Shown piece after piece: positions 1 to 13,800 of a stretch of 64,000 bases of DNA. Location of the stretch: NCBI GenBank assembly GCA_977030845.1, contig OZ365112.1, positions 24,676,001 through 24,740,000 of the forward strand, given 5' to 3'. Below the pieces are notes generated by a model. It saw only the letters and a program-made list of their open reading frames with translations. It did not search any database and had not been told where the DNA came from. A program made the position numbers and the translations under genes. The stretch's first letter is position 1; every line of letters begins with the position of its first letter. Source of the stretch: Fimbriosthenelais zetlandica (Eukaryota).

Positions 1-329
1 AGAGCCTATTTCGATTGGGGTGATTCTGGGGATTGTTTATATTGAATTTAATTTGGATTATGATGCATTACATATTTCTGCCTGCTGTCATGGGGTAATT
101 CTGGGCAGATTGTTTTCTTGTACATTTAATTACATTTAATATCGGTGACTGAGATTGTATATTGAAATTCCATATTGCATACCGTTTTACAGTACATCTG
201 AATAAAAAACATACAAAACACTACATGTAACTTGATATTGTTCTCTTTAACTTATGTTATGATAATATAATATATATATATGAATTCAATTTGAGGAGCC
301 TACAGTAGGCCTACAGTATCTGCCCCCAG

Positions 330-545
330 TACACCGCAATCAGGACACTGCCCTTAGTACACCCCTGTCAGAACACCACCCCTAGAACACCCCTATCAGA
401 ACGCCGCCCCTAGTACACCCCTATCAGAACACCCCTATCAGAACGCCGCCTCCTGTACACCACTCCCAGGACACTGCAGCCAGAACGCCACACCCAGTAC
501 ACCCTACCTGTCTCACCCCCAGTACACCCCCGACAGAACGCTGCA
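330..545. repeat. Degenerate C-rich minisatellite (~12-25 bp modules such as agaacacccctatcagaacgccgcccct)
   Basis: Repeated cagaac/acacccct modules directly visible; source of the G/V-rich minus-strand ORFs 410-663. Confidence 0.8.
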
Positions 546-3367
546 TATAACACACCACACGCAGAACGCTGTGCGTCATGGTCATCCAAAATGCGGTGTA
601 AAAATACACCCAAAAAGGATAATTATTATTAACAGTGCAAGACATTGTATCTAAATATATCACCAGAATATTACTCCCTCTTTAGCAATGCAAGGCAATT
701 TACCGCCTGACATTTATGTCTCGTGTAAAGTGATATGGAGAGGCTGCTCTCTGGTTATCATGAAGATTTCTCAGCCAAACAGAACATCATCTGATAATTG
801 GCATTGCTCCAGATCACTTTCCTAGTATCATTCCATTAGCCTTCAAAAGAAATAAGAGCAGCGTGACTTTTGAAATTCCTGATCATTTCCGGGGTCTACG
901 TGAGACAAGAGAATGAGAATAATCAGGTGTTTATAGGAACGAGCACACGCTACCTGTAATCAGCAGCGGCAATGGTGATTAGATCAAACTACGGACCTAT
1001 AGATACTAGCTCATACTCATAGACCGCTATGAAACGGTACATATGTGGTCTAAGATTGAGGGCGGACTTAATAAAGAACTTTAGTAATAAAGGTTCATAA
1101 CTGAAGGAATAATGCATCAAAATTGTGTATAAATCATAAATATACCATTAAATGCCTTCTATAAGTCAACCAACGGTCACAGCCTTCAATGTAGGCTTGA
1201 TATGGCCCTTAATACCAGCAATGGAATTCAATAAAGCTAGACAGCTATATCTATGATGTATTGGAACGATAGAGTAGAGAATAGTGGAACGATAGAGTAG
1301 AGGCTATAGTAGATGCTGGATATATTGAAATATATAGTATAGTGAAACCCCATTAAAGCACGAAGACGTAGGTCAACAGATTGTGTAGTTTGGTTCAACT
1401 AGTGATAATATATGATTCTGTTAAGTTTTAAAGAATCAAGTCTTTTCAGGGGATTAGGAAGCATATATAAGGAAGGTGGTTTCCAGGCACCATGATCCAG
1501 GAATGCAAGTGAGACTTGCTGCTGCAGCCTCACCCCCACCCCCCAAAGCTCTGGGACAGACGAGACAATGAAAAACTTCAGCCACAAGCAGTACCAGATG
1601 CAGAGTGGAAAATGGACACCCATCACTAATGGCAGCAGGAGTGTGGGAGCATGTCTCCCCTCGCGCCCCTCTGAACTCTGCTGTGATTTCGCCTTCTTGC
1701 CCTGAGCATTTTAAATCCCCAGAAACTTTTCCCCTGTGTCATTCAAGGAGGAAGAGACTGCAACGTTAAATCTAGTTGACAGCATTAATTGCAGCCATGC
1801 CAATACCAATCTTGAAAATGATTTAATTTTTGGCGGAAAAATCTCCCACAGCATTTAACTTGGGCGAGTGTTCATCGTTTTATGTCAATTTCAGATAGGT
1901 CCCACATTTATTCAATAAGGATTGCGCTTTTTTCTCCAGCGTAAACCAGACCCCTTCCCATGAATCCAATTTTGGTCGGTTACCAATTTTTCGGAAATAC
2001 CGCATTACCCAGAGAATTGAATTTAATCAACTCAATTAAAGTAGTTAATTTTGTATTTCGATAGCACCAGTCCATGCATACACTCTCTATTGCATTTCCA
2101 TGTGTTAAGTGGCAATAATTGTCTGAATACGACAATGACACCATGAATGGCATCATCAAATAAAAAGCTGGCCAGGATCTCTGTAGCTCTGCTAACACAC
2201 TCTGACAAAGCCAAATGCGTTGAATCCAGGATTAATTCAATCCCGTACAAATCTGACACCCATTCTGATAGATGTTGATTAAAGTTCGCATCATATGGAA
2301 TTTTTTTTTAAATCTCCTCTTTGCAGTGGAGCCCCTGACAAAACGTTAGGAAACTAAATCCAATTCATTTTTCATTGGTATCTGAAAATCAGTCAAATAT
2401 CCAGTCCAACATACAGGTAAGCGGAATGTTAAATTTTGGCTCAATTTGTGAGACATGTCTGCTTAATTACTGGCATGCAGAGTATGAAAGATTGAAGAAA
2501 AATACAGTGACAGTCTATTTTTGGCAGTAATGTAAAGTATGAGTGCCAATGAGCAGCCTTGACATGGGTTATAGGACTGTCTTGGCACCGCCGTCTCCAA
2601 TACCAGCCTAATCTGACATGCTATTCTTATCTCCCTTTGTAAGCTTGACAAGCCATGCAGACTTGGTCGCTAGTGAAGTCACTCAAATGGCATAATTTTG
2701 GAGAAAATATTCCTTTGTACAAGAAAAAAATTGTTTCCTTGCCAGTTGGAAAAGACAAGGTTAACCACTTGGCTGAAATAAAAGTCTCAATCATATTAAG
2801 GTATGCGGGAATTGAAAATTAAATTAATTATATGAATTGAATTCAATAGGCTAAGAAGCATTAATTTAACACACCCGCATGTATATACATGGAATTATAG
2901 AAATTTAAACATGACTTAAATAATACACCTGGGTAATTATCTGGGAATTTCGTAAGTAACCTAAATATCCCAGTGAATGTTCAGATAAACGTGCACACAG
3001 TAAATATGAATTTGATACCTTGATAAGTCGATGGAACAGGTGATTAGGTTCACACGTTATTACACATAATATGTTATAGAATTCTCTATATTACATATAC
3101 CCAGCTTTAAGATAATATAGACCTAATGCTATAACCTTGAGAATATATATGCTGTAGAATTACATATATATTTTGAAAAAAATGTTCCTCATCCTTTGTA
3201 TTCTCATTTAGAATAACAGAATTTGATTGAACAAAAATCACAAATTGGAAACTCCGATAGAGCTAGTTCAGCGGTCGCCGAGCCAGGAGGAAGGTGAGCC
3301 CAAGCACCGCCTCATTTCTCAAATAGAATTACATATACCCAGCTTCAGGATTTATAATCTTGAAGGT

Positions 3368-3782
3368 CAAATCCTTAACTTTATATTTTCACCACCTTTC
3401 ATTCTATACCTTATCATAACCACTTGATAACCCCTCCAAGCCCAAACCTCAGGCATGAAGAGATACATATATTTGAAGGGAAAAATCCATCTATGATAAT
3501 ATCAAGATATTTATGTTTACCATTAAAAATACCTGTTATATTCAGTAATATTATACTGAATGGTGACTGATGTCAAATCCTTAACACTATATTTTCATCA
3601 CCTTTCATTCTACATATTACCATAACCACTTCATAACCCCTCCAAGACCAAACCTCAGGCATGAAGAGATATATATCGGAAGGAAAAAATCCATCTATGA
3701 TAATATCAAGATATATTTTATGTTTACCATTAAAAATACCTGTTATATTCAGTAATATTATACCTACCAATGGTGACTGATG
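3368..3782. repeat. Tandem duplication, 2 copies of ~206 bp
   Basis: caaatccttaac...aaacctcaggcatgaagaga...aaaaatccatctatgataatatcaagat...ggtgactgatg occurs from 3368 and again from ~3574. Confidence 0.85.
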
Positions 3783-3938
3783 AAGGATATATTAAAAATA
3801 TTATGACTATCATGCATTGACAAATATATGCATCCGATATATTTATATCAGTTACAAATTATTTGATACATAAGACAGCTTGACGCAAGAAGAAATCTTA
3901 TACACTATATCTATATTATACGTAAATGTTGCACTTAC

Positions 3939-6157
3939 CTGTTATGGGACGAGGCTGTGGTTCTCCCTGCTTCTCTCTCAGTCAAGCCTCTAATGAATGG
4001 ATGTCTGATGATCTGTTGCCTTGACGTCCGGCAGGATATGTTTGCTGAGGATGGGCGGATTGCCTTCTGAGCACGGCTAATTAGGACTGCTTCATTACCT
4101 CTGTCATAAATACAGAGATTATCCCATACCCTATTGTGTCCTCCAGACGCCTGGAAAAATGAAACACAAGCTTTAAGCCATGTGTATCACTACATTTCAC
4201 AAATCCACAGGTGCAGTTATATGTATATCATTTATCCTACCTTGTATATTAAATGGAATAATAGAGATATAAGTATTATATATATGTGAAACTGGTAATG
4301 ACAGACGGAGGGGGAAATACACACTCATTGTGTCAGTCAGGGAAGCTCTGTAAGAGGTGATTACTTCCCGTAATTGATTGTTCTACTCGTTCATTGGCTC
4401 AAGACGATCACACGATGTTTATAAGAATGCACTGTTCCAGCAGTACAGTAGGCCCTATGCCTTCTATCCACACAAGCAGAGTGACTTTCTAGAGCCTATA
4501 GTCTGTCGTCTCAAGATCTGCTATTAATACACTGTACATTGTATACTGTCCCAGTTCACTAGTCGGGTTCTCTCCTTACCCAAGTTGATGGTTATATTCA
4601 GTCAATAATAATCCTACAACTCCCAAGATTATTTTTAGCCTCAAACTAGTTCTTCAAAGTTGTCCCTGCCTATAAATATGGACATATTGTGTGTCAAGAT
4701 CCATGGGTTTCCGCTTGAAAGTTTGCGTGACAGTCTGTATAGGGAATCTGTGTGATTCACACGGCCTCTCAGACTTGTATTATAGCCGATATATACACCA
4801 TCAGTTTATACAAGATGATGGAAGTTTGCTCTACATTCAATGTCCACATCCCTTGTGCCTTTCATCTCCCGATCTTCAACCAATCAGCGGTAATGGCTAT
4901 TCAATTTTCCATTATAGTTCTCTACTAATTTTCACCCAAAAATGTGTAAAAATAATATGGGTTCCATTTCATCATCTCTGGTGGTGGCATTCACAGAATC
5001 ACTCAAGTCTAATTAGAAAACTCTTAATAATTTCCCTGCTGCCTCCCTCCAGGTGTTTTTGCTTGCTTGTCCTGCCATCCCTTTCTTCCGATACAATTGA
5101 TCATCCGTGGCGGAGGCACGTTCTGCTCTCACCGCGCCCGGATCAAGCCCGTGTAATTGATGACCCATTAGGCGAGGGAAGAAAGCTTGGGGGAAGATAT
5201 GATGAATCGGGAGGTGGGATCAATATGGGTTTCTACACTGCCTCTGATGATAGCTGGAGATTATAATTAAGGAGGGAGGGTCCAGTGATCTGTCACTTAT
5301 TTGTCAGTGTTCCCAGTACAGGTGGGAGGCAGGAGCAGCTCACGCATGGCTTCACCTTGTGGAGGGACTCAACCCAAGGCCCGCCTCATCCTCACAAGGG
5401 GATTATCCACGGATTAGAAAGCGGGGGGAAGACTAGTGTTTAGGTTGCTCTACACGCCTCCGCAGTAGAAAAAAGCGGCGAGGAGGGGAGAGAGTTATGA
5501 AGTTCTAAACAGCAAGAAAATTGATGAATTGGTCTGGAAGACAACATTGAGATTTTTACAAGTGCTAGTTCCCAACATCAAGTGTGCATTAATACATGTT
5601 TATGTCTCATTAAGTCTTGGTTATCATAGTCTTTAAAAAAGGTTAGTGGGTTTCTATCAATGAACATCATGGATCTGAATGGATTCCAAATCTTCTGCTG
5701 GAGTGTCATTTCATTCTACCCAAGTACCTCGACTGATCTTAGGGCCATCCTACAGTAAGATGTAAAGACATTATTGATCCTTTTACAGTAGTAGGCATAT
5801 AAAACCAAATTGTCAGATAAAATTTCAGACAAACATTTACATGTTCAACCAGGTGACTCATGTAAACAGAGAATATGGTATCATGTCTTGCCACAAGATT
5901 ATACGAGCAATAAAACCAAATCCACAGAGAAGAAAGGCACTTATCTATATAACTATTTGAAGATGGGTTTTACCTGGGGGCCTTGTTTCTTTTGGCGAGC
6001 TTTCCCTTGCTTCTCGATTGAAGGTAAGTGTATAGCATTCCCAACACAGGACAGAGCTCTTTGGCATTAGACACTTGAAAGCCTCCAGTGCGTTGCATTG
6101 GCCACAGGCGTCTCAGACCGTATATGTATCCCCGCCAGGGCCAGCAGGGGCTTGTAC
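3939..6157 (-). other. Putative spliced non-coding (5'UTR or lncRNA) exons at 5974-6157 and 3939-4150
   Basis: Minus-strand acceptors (ttttcttcag, tttttccag) and donors (gtaaaa, gtaagt) bracket two GC-richer blocks; joining them gives stops in all frames. Confidence 0.3.
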
Positions 6158-7539
6158 CTGAAGAAAAGCGCTGACGTCTGTTGTTTTCCACCAAGCGTGA
6201 TGGCTTTGAAAAGAAACTGGGAGAGGGGAGAAAGAGAGAAGGAGCTGTGAGAGGGGGAGAATGGAAGGTACAGATAAATAGGGATGAGTTCAGGGGATGG
6301 AAGGCGACAGGAGGGAAAATGGAGACTAAAAGAGGTGGTGGAAATGTAGGGAAAAAACAAAGATGGTCACGCGGCTTTCAATCATGCACACGTTTGAATG
6401 AATCATGTTGGTATCTGATAAAGCAATATAATAAATGTAGGGAGAGGGTTGGGTAGGTGGGGGTCAACTCCTGGCAAACACTATTTTTCCTTCGTGTTTG
6501 CAACTTTTTTACCGTCACAACTCAGGCAATTCAATTAAGGCGTTTTCTAACGCAAATGATTTTTGTGTGTTTTTTTTGTGGTTATTTGTTCGTAATTGGC
6601 AATTAAATAATTGATTTTCAAATATCCTAATATTAATGACAAAGTCAATGTTCTGTTGTCTAAAGCTTTTAACTTTAGGTATAGGATATAAGATTTATAA
6701 AAAGAATTCATAAAATGGAAATGACATACCTTTTCGAAGCAAAAGTACATAAATTAGGAGGGGATAGAATACGAGTATAGAATACATATTGGGCTGACGC
6801 ATACAATGTTCATCTGAAAATAGAAAATGACAAAATTATAAATGGGAAAAAGACATGTAGAAGAAATTGGGATGACACATGTAGTTTCCATCTACGTCCA
6901 ACCATTGAAAAACATGCATGTACACACTATAGTATAAGGTCGACATCTAAGTGTATACATACTCGCTTGTGTATTTATGCAATAAGGGGTCGCTTGCCAG
7001 TGGGGGAAGAAGATCCAAAGGAAGGCCAAGCCCTGGTGTCTCTGCAATTATCAACTATGCCAATTCGTGCGACCATCAAAAGGAGGAGTTACTAAATATA
7101 GAAGACCATCCGTCAGCGGTTGCTAAGTAAAGGGGAGATCAAGATGTGCTCCACAGGGAAAAGCTGAGAGAGGCGGGGGGAATGTAATGACAGGTTCATG
7201 TAGAGTAAAGGTCAGCGCCTGTCACGTGCTTTATGCCCGCCAGTGAAGTTTAATAGTGGGATACCATGTTAGGGTGTGGATTAGGACGAGGGTGTGGGAA
7301 CAAGGACACACTATAGACATCTATACATAGATCTAATGTACATACTATATATCCCATCCCTTGCACGATCAAAGGGTGTGGTTTCCTCCATTACAATAAC
7401 CACCTCGGCTTTTCTCTCCTTGACAGAGTGGATCTTGCAACTCTCAACCAAAGTGGGGATAATGCGGTAGATAAGATAAAGCAAATTATTGTTACTGAAT
7501 GGATTCCGATGATATCACATTAATCAATTACTTGAATGA

Positions 7540-8085
7540 TTTGAGGTGACCAGTGTTGATAAGTTTAGCGCTCTTTCTTGTTCCTCCTTCTCATCTACCA
7601 TTTCAGCGTTAGTAACCAATTGTCTGGGAGGAGGAGTCTAAGATCCAGTAGTAGGTCTTACAAAATGTACATTCCGGCTACTTGATTTCACAGACCCTGA
7701 AATTAAACTTAGTTAGTACAAAGGTACCATAATTATACACTAATCAGTAATACTCCTCCCCTACACCCACCCAATAGTGGCCTAAATGTATCTTAATTGG
7801 AAAATTGTATTCCTACATATAATATAAAGGAGATCAAAGTAAATACATAATGATCTCAATGAATACCTGTAAACTTGAGGTGACCAGTGTTGATAACTTT
7901 TCGTCCATCTTAGCGCTCTTTCTTTCTCCTACCATTTCATCACCAAAACCAATTTTCAACCGAGTGTCAGAGTAGGAGTCTTGGATCCTGGAGTAGGTCC
8001 TGGAGTAATCCTACATTCAGGCTACTTGATATCGCCACAGAACTTAGTTAGTACAAAGGTGTCATAATTATACACTAATCAATCA
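7540..8085. repeat. Diverged direct duplication, two ~200-bp copies about 335 bp apart
   Basis: ttgaggtgaccagtgttgataa...ggctacttgat...aacttagttagtacaaaggt...cataattatacactaatca at ~7540-7745 and ~7875-8085. Confidence 0.8.
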
Positions 8086-8264
8086 TACAGAAAAGTCATT
8101 TGAATAGAATAGGCTTAATTTCATTTAACAAGTTTCCGACTTCTTAAAACATTAGCCACTACTTACTTGACAGGGCTGTATTTGGTGCATGTAAACAAAA
8201 AATGTATATCAATACTACAAAAACATTATCAATATAACACACTGGATTCATAACATAACATGAA

Positions 8265-8870
8265 GGGGTAGGCTGGGGTGGGGTGGAGGGGAGGAGCCTA
8301 GCGCCATAGACTCCTCCCCCACACCCACTATATTAAAGGCCCATTAGGGGCCTACATATAATAGGGGCGAGTTGGGATGGGGTGGGGTGGAGGGGAGGAG
8401 CCTAGCGCCATAGACTCCTCCCCCACACCCACCACATTAAAGGCCCATTAGGGGCCTACATATAGGAGGGACTAGTTGGGGTGAGGTGGAGGGGAGGAGC
8501 CTAACGTCATAGACTCCTCCCCCACACCCACCACATTAAAGGCCCATTAGGGGCCTACATATAATAGGGACGAGTTGGGATGTGGTGGGGTGGAGGGGAG
8601 GAGCCTAGCGCCATAGACTCCTCCCCCACACCCACCACATTAAAGGCCCATTAGGGGCCTACATATAACAGGGACTAGATGGGGTGGGGTGGAGGGGAGG
8701 AGCCTAGAGCCATAGACTCCTCCCCCACACCCACCACATTAAAGGCCCATTAGGGGCCTACATATAATAGGGACGAGTTGGGGTGGGGTGGAGGGGAGGA
8801 GCCTAGCGCCATAGACTCCTCCCCCACACCAACCACATTAAGGCCTATTAGGGGCCTACATAATTATAGG
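8265..8870. repeat. G-rich minisatellite, 6 copies of ~99-104 bp
   Basis: ggaggggaggagcctag anchors at about 8285, 8389, 8488, 8592, 8691, 8790. Confidence 0.95.
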
Positions 8871-9729
8871 AGGCACATTTTAGTAGTACATGGATACAAA
8901 GTATAAAAGTGTGTTGACACCCTATAGCCTTATCATTTTCCAAAGGTTGTTAGATCAATAAAAGAAAATAGGCCTAGGTCCTGACCCATACATGTGCCAA
9001 TATTAATAAGAACAATTCATCAGAAAATGACATATTGCAGGCATATTTTATCCACAATTTCTTTTTTTAAACAAGGATTGGCCTCAGCCTCGGCTCACTT
9101 TGGGAGCTTAAATATTTTCAATCGTTTTGTGTCCAGACCATTTCAAAGATGTCGACTGAACTGAAGCAGAGGCATGAGGGTGTGAAAGCGCCCGTGCAGC
9201 CGGGAGCTGTTAGTTGACACCCAAATGAGAGGAAAAAACCTGCTGCATCAGGCTTTTACTACAAGTGATCACGACTCTGGTATGTGGGAAAAGGGCAACC
9301 AAACCTATTGACCGAGTCCTTTAAATTCAATCGTGAAAGGCATCGTGTCTAGGAATAGAGTCTACAGAGATAATCTCATGACCCATACTCAGGCCTGGGC
9401 CATGGCATAGGACATAATGACTAATGTTGTCTACGTCATCCGATTTCTGATGGAAAAGTAAAGACACAACGACACCCCCTCCAACTATAAAGCCTTGGAC
9501 TTAGTTCTTAGACATAAAGTACCGGTAAAGGCGGCGGTAAACACACGCCGCCATGTTGGTCATGCAGAGCGTCGATCTCGGGCGATTTTTGTTACTAAAT
9601 CAGTCGGAACTGCTCCAAAAATCGTTCCAGTCGGTTCAGAACGCATTATACGATGCTATACATTATAGGATTATACAAACAACAATGGGTAACACGCGGG
9701 ACAAGTTGGAAATACTTAGCTTTGTAGCA

Positions 9730-9840
9730 GACACATCCAAAAGACGAAACCGGAAGTAGCGCTCACCCTGCGCTGTGAAAAGGGGGAAAGTTGAGTGCCG
9801 TTAAAACATCATAGCTTGAACGCCGTTGCAACGGGTCAGG
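9730..9840. promoter_or_regulatory. Possible promoter-like element (ETS CCGGAAGT and palindromic ccgttgcaacgg)
   Basis: aaccggaagtag at ~9748-9759 and ccgttgcaacgg at ~9822-9833 in a locally CpG-richer patch; no associated gene identified. Confidence 0.25.
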
Positions 9841-9959
9841 CGCGACAAGGCTGTCGCAAATAAACCAATAGACTTTAAGTTCAATAAAGCTAATAATACA
9901 GCTTGTTCATACTCAGATAATTATTAGACATAACTGAGAATGTTCAATTTGATATTTAA

Positions 9960-10828
9960 CCCTTTCGCGGCGGCCAAAAATTTAGTTCTCCCCCTGAGAC
10001 GGCGAGGGTTACTGCCCTAGGGTCCAAAAAGGGGATTTTTCGGAGTATTTAGACACCATGAGCGCCTTTAAAAGTTTTCCCAACATTTTAATACCAGCTG
10101 TTTTATTGTTCGACTTGATTCACTGAATCCAACTATGTAACCATTATTTCAGTGCTATACTTCTGTAAAAAGCTACTGGCATAAGATTCGAAACAATATT
10201 TACAAAACTTTGGCCCCTTTTATGATAATATTTAGGGCAAAAAAATGAGAAAATATTTCTAAAAAGCCCCGCCAAAACACCAAAACATCTCAGACATAAA
10301 ATGTTCCCCCGAATTAAATAACATTCTTTTTTTGGCAGAAAAATAATTTTCTAACTAGAAATTTTGGTTACTATGGCAACGGAATTTTCTGAAAAAATGA
10401 GCTCCACGCCTTTAGTTGTTACCATGGAAACGGTCTTCAAAAGAAATTCTAAAATACTAATTAATGTCCCAAGCCAAGAATCTGACTAACCAAATAAAAT
10501 TTACTTTGCATAAATCGGATGAGAATTAAGGAATTTGTGAATAAAATACTTAATATTAGTTTTCCTATATTTTTTTTCTTCCAAATGTAGAGTAATTTTT
10601 TCTATATAAATATTATGCTTTCGAGAAATCAATATTTCTGAAAACAAATGGACATAACCGAATTTGAAAGTCAATATCTCGGCTTCTAATTGGAATATTG
10701 AAACAAAATTTTCACCAAAATATAGCAAATTCCCCACTCTAGATTGGTCAAAAAGAGCTCACAATGCATTAATGCATTGCCCGCCCTCTGTACGGGAATG
10801 CATTGAGGCATTGCTCGCCGCGAAAGGG
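9960..10828. mobile_element. Non-autonomous piggyBac-type DNA transposon (MITE), 869 bp
   Basis: Perfect 13-bp TIR CCCTTTCGCGGCG / CGCCGCGAAAGGG flanked by TTAA at 9956-9959 and 10829-10832; no transposase ORF. Confidence 0.85.
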
Positions 10829-13800
10829 TTAAATACATAGAGATGCAAAGGGATGGGGCTTGGGAGGGGCCTATAAGTTTAAAAGCCCTCAAATCCGTCG
10901 CCTTTTCTGCACAAACTTTACTTAGGCTACATCACTTAATTTATGTGACATAGGCCTACATAGCATATAAAATAAAATATTTTAAATTAAACATATTATA
11001 TTAGGGCCTATGGTAGCCTAACACTTTAGTTGACCCTTGTGTGAAGGCATGATTTCACATGCATGCTAAATATAATCTGTGATTGAAATCATCAAAGAGA
11101 TTCGCCTCCTTATTGCAGGCTAGGCTATGTGCATAGAAGATCTTCAATTCTTTCTCTCAAACAACAAAGGATAAACTTGCACCTGAGTGTCATTGACATT
11201 TCTCGCTGCATGTATGTCATAAAAGGAATTGTTGTCAGGCCAAAAAGTGTAATATCAAATACAAACATACGTAGAGGCATAGACAGTGTTTGCTTTTGGA
11301 TGTGGATATTTGTGTCCCAGCCGGGAAGTCGGACATAGTTACTGGGATTGCAGTGAAATTTCCATATTTAAACATATATAACCCTAAGACATCCCCTTTC
11401 GCATGGAAGTAAAAACCATTAAAACTTTTTAAACTTCTGACATGTGCCTCGGTACAAGAATAAAATAAGGATGGTGCGATCACAGAGCTAAATTAAGTGA
11501 ATAAGATTAAATTAATTTACATAGGCCCTACCGGTAGTCTAATTGAACAATCTTTAAAATCTTAAATAAAAAAAACTAGGCCTAGGCCTATGTGGAAAAG
11601 GCCTACATTTGATTATTTTAAAAGAAATATTACCCTACCTCTAAAAGTAAATTTAAATCTCTTCTAAAAGTAAAAAAATCATTAGTGACATTGAAAGTAT
11701 AGCCTATCTAGACTAGGCCTATATTTAGAGCAAATTTAAGTTGGGTCTACATGATTGTATATAAATTATTCTAAATGATCATCATAAAAAAAAGTAACCT
11801 AATGGGCGTTCACCTGGATGATATGATAATAATAGATATAAATTCTACTCTTGTCAGCCTTTATATTCGGGGACTGGTCAAACAGTTCCCCTATATGATC
11901 AAGGACAATATGCCTTGTACTATAAATTGAGTCATTTGGCATCCAGCCCACTCGCGACACCTCCACGGGTTCATCAGTGAAACTGGCCTATGATCTATAT
12001 GACAGACAGCTGTTAAATTTAGGAACTTATAAGGTCAGCCGCATCTCGACCTGGTTGGCAAGAAAACACTGGCAAACATAAATATACTTAGTGTATGTTA
12101 GTCTTTGGTATTCTCCCCGCTCAGTACCGCACAAAAGGTCATGGCTGAACTCACACCAGTGGTTGTGATGTCTCTACAGTTCCTGGGAAGCGGCATAGTA
12201 CAGTATAGTCTGGTTGGGTGTCCAAGGAAAGATCAGGAAAGGGATATATCATTAGGCCTTGGTTCGTTCTGCTTTTTAATAAACAGGAGATGTGATAGCT
12301 TTGATGCCCTTTCCATGGTCAAAGGTCATATAATTATGGCTTAGCTATACTGCTCGCGCTAGATAACCTAAAGACTACTGTCTAATGACCTTTGGCTTCC
12401 TTTTAGACAAGAGATAGGAGACTATGGAGATAATCATCCGAGAAATACATGTATACAGTCACATAAAGATCAGCATTTCACAGAGTGTAAATTATTTTGT
12501 TCTCAACAAGTAAACTCTGTATGGGAAAACAAAATAGAGGGTTTACTCTAGTGACCAATACCAATTCGACCCCTCAACTTTGAAGGTTTCCAGCAGAGGA
12601 AAAGAAGATTAGATCCTATTCCTGAACATTTATCCTAAATTTGGATCAATATGTCGGCCTACTTACATGCATATAAATTTTAATAGTACAAATATATTGA
12701 TGTCACAATCATGAGTTCAATAGAACATTACATTATCTGAGACTCAGATAGGCCTAAATTTCTATAACAGATGTAGGCTACTTGTATTACCATCAGGAAA
12801 ACAACCACTAGAAAAAGCCTTGAGTGGACACACCTCCCTTATACATGCTTCTGAATGGCAGAAATGCGTTTAATCGTGCTCTCTAGTTGTTTGCTAAACA
12901 TTCTCCATTTGAATCTGGCATAAAAACTCAAGTATATAACCTTGTTACACGGATACAGAACGTGCACGAGCCGTGAAAGCGCCTGGACGTGAGCTGGGTC
13001 TTGGGGACAGCTGGCATTATAGACTCCTATAGTATTGAGACCTCTCTTCTTTCCCATTCATGTAATTTGTCTATCATTAAAATTTATGAGGATGTAAATT
13101 GTACCATCCACAAATATGACAAATATCCTAAACAATTTCTCGATAATATTTCTGAAATTCACCCAATCTATATCATAAAAAGTAATGCTTTCCTTTGCCT
13201 ATTAGGATTATATTAAACGTTAGATATTTCAACAAAATTGAAAGAGCCCAAAAAGGTTATAAATGTACAAGGCAATAGAAAACCTTTCAAAATTTTAAGT
13301 AGTGATATTTAGAAAAAAGGCTATCGCAAGATGTCAAGTGTTATATAAGATATCAATCCTTTTCTCTGGAAATGTAGCCTAGGAAATACAATAATAGTAT
13401 ACCAGAGACCAAGCTTAGGTTGGTGACTTCTACTGGTAGGACAAAGATCTAGGGCCTGCTTCATAACAAAGATGTGCATCACTAATCTACGTTAAGTCTA
13501 GGGGTCTGTGTAGCAATACTCGCACACTTTTGTACTGAAACAAGCCCCTGTCCTCCCAAGCAGAACCAACATCATCTACCAATATTGGACCTGAGAGGAG
13601 ATGGTTGGTATGGAATGCACATCTGCCACTGGCACCAGCTAGAGGAGAGATAGAAGACTCCTCGTACAATTCACTATGTTCAGAGCCACCGTCTGATGGC
13701 AAACGAAAGAACTACACTTTTAATCATAAAAATAATGTGAAGTCATTTGGGGGCTTCGTACTATTTGAGAACTTGTGATTCAACATTTCCTTCACATTTT

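Noticed and set aside
650-953. Minus-strand exon with ATG at 713 and a phase-1 donor at ~704
   Set aside because: Only 3-4 codons before the donor and no downstream exon visible in the window.
1018-1031. CATAG-accg-CTATG palindrome resembling the micro-hairpin insertions
   Set aside because: Flanks (tcatact / aaacggt) show no target-site duplication.
4691-5266. 191-aa plus-strand ORF
   Set aside because: Non-ATG start, no motif, composition unlike the real exons, no convincing splice frame.
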